A program made the translations under genes and the position numbers. 64,000 nucleotides of DNA. Origin: Bugula neritina (Eukaryota > Animalia > Bryozoa). Shown piece by piece: positions 48,912 through 64,000 of the stretch (the stretch's first letter is position 1; every line of letters starts with the position of its first letter). Location of the stretch: assembly GCA_964035545.1 (NCBI GenBank), contig OZ037771.1, positions 13,701,133 to 13,765,132 of the forward strand, read 5' to 3'. Under the pieces are notes generated by a model, which did no database searches, was not told the DNA's origin, and saw nothing but the letters and a program-made list of their open reading frames with translations.

Positions 48912-51040
48912 TGTATTATTATGGTTGCGGATGAAGTGGATTATATTTTGTTATTGAACACTAACAAGTATTGTATTTAACATGGCGATAACTTTATTCA
49001 AACTAAAAGTAACCTTGACCTAATAAAAGCGTAACATTATAGCGAGTACATTATAATACAACATCTCCCTTTCTCAAGACAATAATTATAAAAGATGGGG
49101 AGACTACACAGAATTTTAATACAGCAGAAAAAAAACATTTGAAACATATTGATAGTACACAGACATTTTAGTACACTAGTGAAAACAAACACAATGGTAA
49201 TGCAATACATAATAAAATGAAAACAAACACAGCACATAGTCTATTTACAAATCCAAAATCTGTCTAGGTTTAATAGTTCTACCAAAACTAGATTTTCTAG
49301 CGACATTTTTGTCGTCAGACAACTCAGTAGTTTGTAATGGCACTAGGTTGGTAACATTGCGTCTGAGTGGGACACCATTAGTACTTTTACCAACAATCGA
49401 TCGGGGCCTTGCAGGGGAAGTACTAACAACTTCAGCATCACGATTCAGATCACGCACATGAACTCTATTACCAGGACTTAACCATGGAGGGACCACAACT
49501 CAATGTCTCAAGTCAAATGTATCTTTGCTCTAAATTCTAGCATGAGCTTCTTTTTGCTTAACCCGTTCTACATCGTGCTGCTTTGGGGCCAACACTGATG
49601 ACAAAGAAGGCACCGTAGTGCGCAGTTTCCGACCCATCAACAACTCAGCTGGAGAGACACCGTTTTCTAACGGTGAAGACCTATAAGCCATCAACCCTGT
49701 CCTTTCTTCAAAATGTTTTTAACAGTCTGAACGGCTCGTTCAGCTGCACCATTTCCCTGAGGGTGTTTAGGAGAACTGGTAACATGGGTAAAACCAAACT
49801 TTCGATCAAAGGATTTAAATTCCTCTGAAGCATTTGCACACCATTATCAGAAATCAGGACCTCTGGGACACCATGTCAAGCAAATTTGCTTTTCAAATGG
49901 AGTATAACTTTGAAACGGGTGAGATCCTCCAACAACGCAACTTCGCTAAAACGAGAATAGTAATCGACTACTAGCAAGAACCACTTACTGTCAAAATAAA
50001 ACAATTCACTGCCTAGTTTTTCCCAAGGACGACTAGGAAACTTAGAACGAAGGAGTGGGGATTGCTGAACGTTTGACTCCTTCTTGCAAGACTCACTTTT
50101 TTAAACATTAGAAACAGAGTCTACATCACATTTACATGAAATTAACTCTAGCTTAACACAGGCATTTCGATTTAGCAAGGCTTTTGTTTTGTTTACAACA
50201 TAAATAGTTTCAGTGTGAGTAACATTGTCCACAGAAAGCTTAGCATTGAAACAGCCTACAACTGGTATCTTAGTGTTACCTGGGCCTAAAAAAAATTTTT
50301 GTTAGTCTTTACTAATGGCACATTGGAACATAGCCTTTGAGGAAGTATGGAGACATCTGCACCAGTATCGAGTTTGAACTGAACTGGAAAGTCAAGCTTG
50401 TCTACAACAATAGTCTTGGTCCACACTCCTACATTACTCTCAGCTATCTCACCCAGAAATATGCTCTCCACTTCTTCTTCGACTTGCTGAACTTGACTGG
50501 CAGGCTTAGATTTACACATTTTTGCGTAATGTTTGAGTCTACCACAGCGCTTACACTTACAATTTTTAGCAGGGCATGTACCTCTTGTGTGGTATACATA
50601 ACCGCATGGGCCACAGGGAGTAGAGCCATTAGTTTGCCTAGTACTGTTACTTCTAGAACTGTGCTTCTGAGACTTGTTTGTGTGACTACTACTACTACTG
50701 AATTTGGAGACAGCGTCTACCGAAGTACTACTAGTACTACCCTGAGTATGACTTTCTGTCAAGTCTTTAATTTTCTTGTCTACTTGCTCAAATTGTCTAG
50801 CCATATTTATGGCAACCTCTTCAGTTAGGTCTTAAACATTCATTTTCTGCATTTCACGACTGCAGTTAGTGTCTGTGATTCCTACTACAATTCTGTCTCG
50901 CATTTGCTCTGATTTATTGGAAAGATCGCACTTATCTGCTATGTCGTTTAGAGACCTAACATACTGTTCAACAGTCTCTCCTTGTTGCTGGCAGCACCTG
51001 AAGAAACGAGCTCATTCATAAATCACATACTTACGTGGAG
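48912..51040 (-). mobile_element. Second, more frameshifted copy of the Gypsy remnant
   Basis: Near-identical to 33434-35577, including the LTR (49063-48912), the same internal deletion and the same flanks. ORFs 50286..50804 and 49245..49496. Confidence 0.9.
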
Positions 51041-52133
51041 AAATTTGTATTCAGTAATTTAGTGTGAGTGTAAAATATATTTTATTTATATATTTTGGCA
51101 AATCATAGGTTAAAAAATTTAATTGAACTTTTAAATATGTTACTCATTGCATTACTTTAAGCATCACTTTACAAAAACTTGTTCTTGTTTTTTAATATCA
51201 CAACTATGTTTTCTCCTTTTGTTCAAATAAAGTGAAATATAAGTAAAAGTAAGGAATAAAAGTACACACCTTGATTTCTGGTTCTCAATTGTTTCCACCC
51301 ATGATGTGAGTTGCAGGGAAACCTAAAGCCAACAATTTAATTTGATTTACAAATTGAAATCTTGGCAATAGTACATAGCTTATATATACTCACATTATAA
51401 TATGAGTTATTTTAATTAAGAAAACATACCATAAAGATAAACCATAGAAATCCCATTCTACTGAATTTTGACAAATTAACTTCTTTGCACTGTATGTAGT
51501 AATGTTATATACTACCCTTAGCTGTGCACAATATTTTAAAGGTTTGCACTCTGTAATTTAATTTATGAAAGCCTCCAGCAGCTTAGCTATTGATGTGAAT
51601 TACATAAGAACTAAATTCTCCAATAACTATATTTATCTCAGCATGAGTATATGTGACTTTACTCTTTAGTGGTTATATGTGTCAACTTTCTGCTTTTCAC
51701 AATAACATAATTGTCGTGAAATTTGCTGTAACCTTTTGTTTGACAATAAATAAAACTAAAGCTTTACTGGACAACTATATTATAATTATACTTAAATGGC
51801 TTAATTGTACTTTTTGCACCTAGAAATATCCACAGGGAGATGTTGGCTATTTGTGCCTTTATTTCAGAATTGCATGTTTCATGGTGAGAAAAGCATGGGT
51901 ATACCCGTAAGAGAACTATAATTAGTATAGCTGTAACAATAGCTTCAGACATTTAGTACACATTCCTTGAGATTATAGAGTGACGCTATGAGACCCAAAC
52001 TCAAAATACTTACTTCGATACTTCGACTTTAGCACACGCTAGATTATGAGGTATAGTTATTATAATAATATTAAGACATGAGGTTATATATAGCTGTTAG
52101 AGTTTTAATATAATTGTATTTCTATGAGTCTAT

Positions 52134-52909
52134 CACGGGCTTTCCATGTACCGATCTCAGATCGATGTCGCTAAGATCGATCTGAGAAATGTACTCAGAT
52201 CGATCGTTTTTCCATGAGAGTTTCAGATCGATCTCTCGAAGTTGCCTCCTCTTAAGTGAAGGATACTTTAAAGGTATAATTTGTTCACATATTTGAGTGA
52301 TTAAAGCTACTACTGTTGAAAACAAGGTGGCTGTAGTCTAAAATTTAATCCCAGCTATAAACTATACGCAGCAAAGCTTTCAGTGTATGGTAGTTTGGCC
52401 AATTTAAAATAATTAATTTTAATTTTTTAGCTTGACAGCTTATATAAAAGTAATGGCTGTCCTGCAGATTATTAATAAACTTACAGGACTGTTAGGCTTG
52501 AAATTACAAAGAAAATAGCTAATGAAACTATGTTTTAATAGTCATTTAAATTCGATTTAAATTCTCTCCTTTTTTTACCTTCTACCGCATATAATAGAGT
52601 TTTCTTAATCATTGTACTGAAAGTCAAAGTTTTGGCATCTGAAAAGGTGGCTATCATAATTATTTAATACTTTGCTTAGTAATTATCAATAAGTGATCAT
52701 TTTTATTAGCAGACAACATTGTAGCGCGCAGTCTTTTTCTACTTCTGAGATCGATCTGGCGTCTTTCCATGGTCTTATTGACATGAGATCGATCTGAGTT
52801 CGAGCTCCACAGACCGACCAGCTCAGATCGACGGAGATCGATCCTTGGCGTCTTTCCATGGATCGATCTCGCTGAGATCGATCTGAGATCGGTACATGGA
52901 AAGCCGGTG
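52134..52909. mobile_element. Non-autonomous TIR DNA transposon (MITE), 776 bp, 3-bp TSD
   Basis: TIRs CACGGGCTTTCCATGTACCGATCTCAGATCGAT / ATCGATCTGAGATCGGTACATGGAAAGCCGGTG, with TAT on both sides. The empty site is visible in the paralogous segment at ~36627-36643. Confidence 0.9.
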
Positions 52910-55859
52910 TATGTCGGCCAGTTCAATTTACAGAAAGACGGCAAACATTAATCTGAGAAGTAAAAATACTGCCAGATAAACCTTTTTTATTTGCTAGTAA
53001 AAATTATACATTCTATTATACAATTCTTTCCATGCAACAGATGTCACCCAAGGAGCAGAGGAAGCCTGGGGAGTTAGATTGTTGGCCTGTAGTAAACCTG
53101 AGGTTATGTTTCCGAATCCCATGGTAAAGGCCAATTGTGATGTTTAGAAGAGCATTCAGTCATAATTGCTCCTGTGCCTCATTTGAATGTAAGTTTTTAG
53201 TTCAATTGAATAGAAGCCCTGTCAGGGATATAAGGGGCCATATGAACTTCTGTTTTCAGAAGGCAATTTTGAAGTTATATAATTTCTGCCGAGACTTGAG
53301 TAGGCCTATACAAAGACGCAACCTCAACTTGATTTTATAAATGACTTGTAAAATTTGCTGTCATTGATTATTTGCTGTGTACTCTAAAGCCATATCAACT
53401 ATGTAAGCTTACTAATAATCTGCTGGACAACCAGTATACTTATATAAGCTGTTACGATAAAACATAAAAAGCAATCATCTCAAGTTGGCCAATTTGTTAT
53501 AGAATGATTTACGCTACAAGCTTTGCTGTGTACAGCTGTCAAACAAGTGTTGTTAATTATAGTCAAATGGCAACAACCTTGTTTCTACTCAATTTGTAAT
53601 TTTACTCACAGCTGGGGCATGGTAATGAATATTTTAGCTATAAATTTATTAAAGTGCCATTGAGACAAGAGAAGACAACTGGTGCAAAGATTAAACTGAG
53701 ATCAATTCATGGAAAGACTATAATTGAAGGCCTTATTTTATATAGTAATAAATGATTAAATTTATGCGTCCCTTGCTGACAGCATTACACTATAAGTAAT
53801 CACTCACATGCATATTGTTGGTGGGGTCAACTCAAAACTTAAAAAATATTAGTACAGAAGAGAAAATACCGTCATTAACACATGCTCTTGCTTGCAGTTG
53901 TAGAAATAGAGGAGGTAACTCTAAAGTAGAAAACTACCGATTGCCATATTCTCTATAATATAGAATATTATAGTAAATGAATCAGCCATCTATCTATGAA
54001 TTGGAGTTGTCTGTAATATAATGAATAAAGTGGAAATTTAAATGTAGGAGTTATGCTATTTAATGAACTAAATTAGCTAAATAGTTGCATCAACCTGTCA
54101 CAGCAGTCATCTCACTGTAAGTTACAAGGAGGCAGGCAAATCTTAGCACCAACGGAGCCATATATTATTTTAGCGGGCTGGTGGAATATCTTAAAGGTAT
54201 AACTTGTGAAATACAGGAGTAAGAGTTAAAAATAAAATGGAAAGAAGACCACAAGGTCTTATACATCTATAATTATTTGCTGCTCCAAGAATAGCACACT
54301 TTCCAAGAACTTGACTTTTTGGGAATTGAAATATAATTTACTACCACTATATCAGATTACATTCACTTGGTAAATTATTTACCACGCACAGCTTACTCAA
54401 ATTGTTAACTTTACTATAGTCATTACCAGCATATTGTTCTCTGTAAATGTATTACATTATTGTACAGTGCCTTCTCCGCAAAAACACAAAACACTAGGTA
54501 TATTCTCTGATCTGACAATATTAATAACATTATTCTCATTTTGTTGTACAGTTATAGTAACTGCATGTTAGACCATATAGCTATATTACTTAATAGTTAT
54601 TATTACAATAATAATAGTATAAAAATAAGATTAAGTATTCACATTACTGATTAGTGATTATAGTAATAGCCAATAACTATAATACATATATGTAGAAGGC
54701 CAATGAACTCAATAATATTAACAGTTCAGTCTAGAAGAGTATAAATATTAAAATAAGTCAATAACAGGCATGGAGATCATATTTATACTAATAGTTTTGA
54801 TTATACTAATAGTAATAGTTTTACTTATAGTTACGGAATATTAGTATCACTTATATCACGCAGTATCACTATCAGTATTGAGTTTGAGTATGGGAAATTT
54901 AAGTTTGAATTGAGATCAATTAGTATTGCATGCAACTGATGAGTGATAACTTAACTGTGAATCTGCAGTAGCAGTTTAGTGGTTAGGGTTGGGTTGCACT
55001 GGACTTGGTATTGCATGGCGGGCTAGGAGTGAGGGGTTTGGGTGTGGGGTTAGATGTTAGACGTAGGGTTTGGTCTTAAGCAAGATTATTATCAGTGTGC
55101 TATTTTACTTTCTTTTTCATTTGCACTATTATCATACCTGTGCTGTTTAATTGTACCTGTGCCAACTATAATACTATATATTATTATAGCTAAAGGCACC
55201 CTAATACTATATTTACAAATGATTAAATTAGTGGTTGGGTAAAGAAGACCATCTTTTAAACAACCAGCTGTGAAAGCTCAGATGTCTATCTTAATTGTAC
55301 GTCAGCAGTATATTATGACAGCTATTATACCCTCTGGGAAGATACTATATATATAGTTATACTATGAGTTTAGATAAAACTGACTGACGTAGTCTCTGAT
55401 ACACATCTGTTCATTCTCTCGATCAACACTTGAAGACTTAGAGTTAGTCTGCCTGGATAATATTTATTATGTAGCTTTTAGAAACTACTCTAGATTTTGC
55501 CTACATGGTGTTTGCCAACTTTCTTGTACCCACTTTTGATTATAGATAAAAGTGGCAAGCTATAAAGGGCACAGGAAACATTGACACAGTTATGGCACCA
55601 ACTATATATTATTGTTTCAACTAGCTATATATTATATGATGTAATAAGTTATATATAAAACTCACACAACTTTATACTCAATATCCCTCTGCAAAAAAGC
55701 CCTGATAAAACGTTATATATGATTTTTGGAAAAAACTGCCACAAGTAAAACTGTAGCTGCAGTGGTTAAAATGACACAATACAAATAATACAGGTAAATT
55801 TGAATGGGTAATAATTAATTACATAACTGAAAACTCAAGTAAAAATAACACATTTTAAT

Positions 55860-56870
55860 ACAGTGTGATTTGGGCTTAGAGCTGGGAGTATATAGGGATG
55901 TGTTTTGGGGTTTGAAGGTTAGAAAAAAAGGTTTTGGGTTTAGGGCTAGGTACCAGTATAGTGGTCTTGGTTTGGGGTGGGGATTAGAGTCTAGGGGTGG
56001 GGTTTGGGATTTGGGGCTCGGTATTGGTGGCCTAGGAGTGAGGGGTTTGGAGGTTTGAAGGTTATAGGACTTGGGGTTTGGGGTTTGGTAAATTGGTGGG
56101 CTAGGTGTGAGGGGCTTGGGTACATGGGGTCGATGGCTAGAGGTAGGGGTTTGGGTTTGGGCAAAGTTAACATAAGTGTTCCATTTTACTTACTTTTCCA
56201 GTTGTGCTATTATTGCTCGTGCTATTTGTACCTGTGTAAACTGTAGGCTATTATGTAGTATAGCTAAACACACCTTCATAGCTTATATATACAATTTAAT
56301 TAAATGGATGGTGAGGTAAAGAAGACCATATTTTAAACAACCAGCTGGGAAAGTCCAGGTGTCTATTTTGTACGTCAGCAGTATAATATGACAGTTATTA
56401 TACCCTCTGGAAAGTTACTATATATAGTTATACTATGAGTTTAGATAAAACTGACTGACGTAATCTCTGATACACATCTGTTTATTCTCTCAACACTTGA
56501 AGGCTTAGAGTTAGTCTGCCAAGAGAATATTTATAAGAAAGCTTTTGAAAACTGCTCTAAATTTTACCTACATGGTGTTTGTCAATTTCCATGGGCCACA
56601 ACTTTTAATCTATAATGCTTAATATGTTTATTTGGTTTTAGGTGAAAATTGCTCAGGTATAATAATTTACGTACACAAATGGAGAAGTAGGTAAAATGAC
56701 ACAATGATGTTAAGTTTGCCCATACTTCAATTCTTCAAACTCAAGCCCCAACCCCCACACACTCGAAAAAACCCTCATACCCTCCCATCTCCTCCACCTT
56801 AAAGCAAAATTCTGAAATACAAAACCCGACCCCAAACCCTAACCTCATCCCAAACTCCTTAATATTCAAA
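55860..56870. repeat. Foldback-like dispersed repeat with G-rich and C-rich telomere-like arms
   Basis: G-tract 55870-56160 and C-tract 56720-56860 bracket a core whose ends are inverted (GGGCAAAGTTAACAT..CATTTTACTTAC vs GTAGGTAAAATG..ATGTTAAGTTTGCCC). Related copies at ~12500-13550 and ~23480-24530, and inverted at ~30000-30800 and ~45300-46070. Confidence 0.65.
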
Positions 56871-57536
56871 ATGTACCATTCTATGCTTAATTTTCGGTTT
56901 TTCTAGTTACACTATAGCTGCATTCGCCAATTTTACTTTTATTAGTTTTACCTGTGCCATTGTTATCATGCAAACACCTTTTATTCAGGTTTCTTAAGCC
57001 TTAACCCCATTGTATTTATATATGCTTTGTAAATTGCCCTAAATGCAAAGATGTTAGAGTACTATATGTGATACAACATATTTTATGAGACAAAACATGT
57101 TATAACCCCATTGCATGGTTTTTTCTCGACCTGAACTCAAAACCAAAACCCAATTTTAATGGGAACTTTTTATGTTTATAAACTCAATGTGATGTACGTA
57201 TGTAGGCATATCTGCTGTAAAAAAATGTGTAAATACTTAGACTTTCACGCTAACAACTTACTATCACATCCTAAGTTCCTCTGCTAACAGCAGTTCATAC
57301 ACTTGTTAGTTTATTCTGAAAGTGTAAAAGTGCAAAGCAATTTTCAACTGCAAACTCAAACTTTTAATCAGAGACACAAAAAGTTAATTAATCACATAGA
57401 ATTAGACATTCATGATTATAGATGATTAGGATGTAAGCTATCATGGCTTAGCAATCTAGTTCCATGTAGATTGTGATAGCTTTTAGTTAGACAACAAACA
57501 ACGTGAATGTGTCCTTGCTGCTGATTGGTCAGCAAT

Positions 57537-64000
<6,464 letters not shown>

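Larger units (their letters stand above)
43400..54070 (+). repeat. Segmental duplication unit B (paralogous to ~28030-37800)
   Basis: See unit A. Differs by VNTR length and the MITE insertion. Confidence 0.9.

Overview
AT-rich, intron-containing eukaryotic DNA, most likely from an invertebrate animal (GT-AG introns, long (TA)n tracts, Penelope and Ty3/Gypsy elements). No prokaryotic operons, rRNA, tRNA or CRISPR array were seen. The main content is a minus-strand tandem array of five paralogues of a six-exon gene that the ORF track shows only in fragments. Hand splicing with phase-consistent junctions gives a ~460-aa secreted protein: signal peptide on two micro-exons, a single-exon NHL/beta-propeller domain, and a ~150-aa Cys-containing C-terminal domain I do not recognise. 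Copies 2 and 4 are intact. Copy 3 is a propeller-only deletion variant, copy 1 is a pseudogene, and copy 5 runs off the window. Amino-acid variation is concentrated at equivalent loops of each blade, which suggests a diversifying recognition (immune, allorecognition or lectin-like) family. Between the genes are a ~10-kb segmental duplication, two RT-less Gypsy remnants, two Penelope elements with hammerhead ribozymes (one forming a 583-bp inverted repeat inside an intron), a separate orphan hammerhead, MITEs, a 12-bp G-rich VNTR and a foldback-like repeat family with telomere-like arms.
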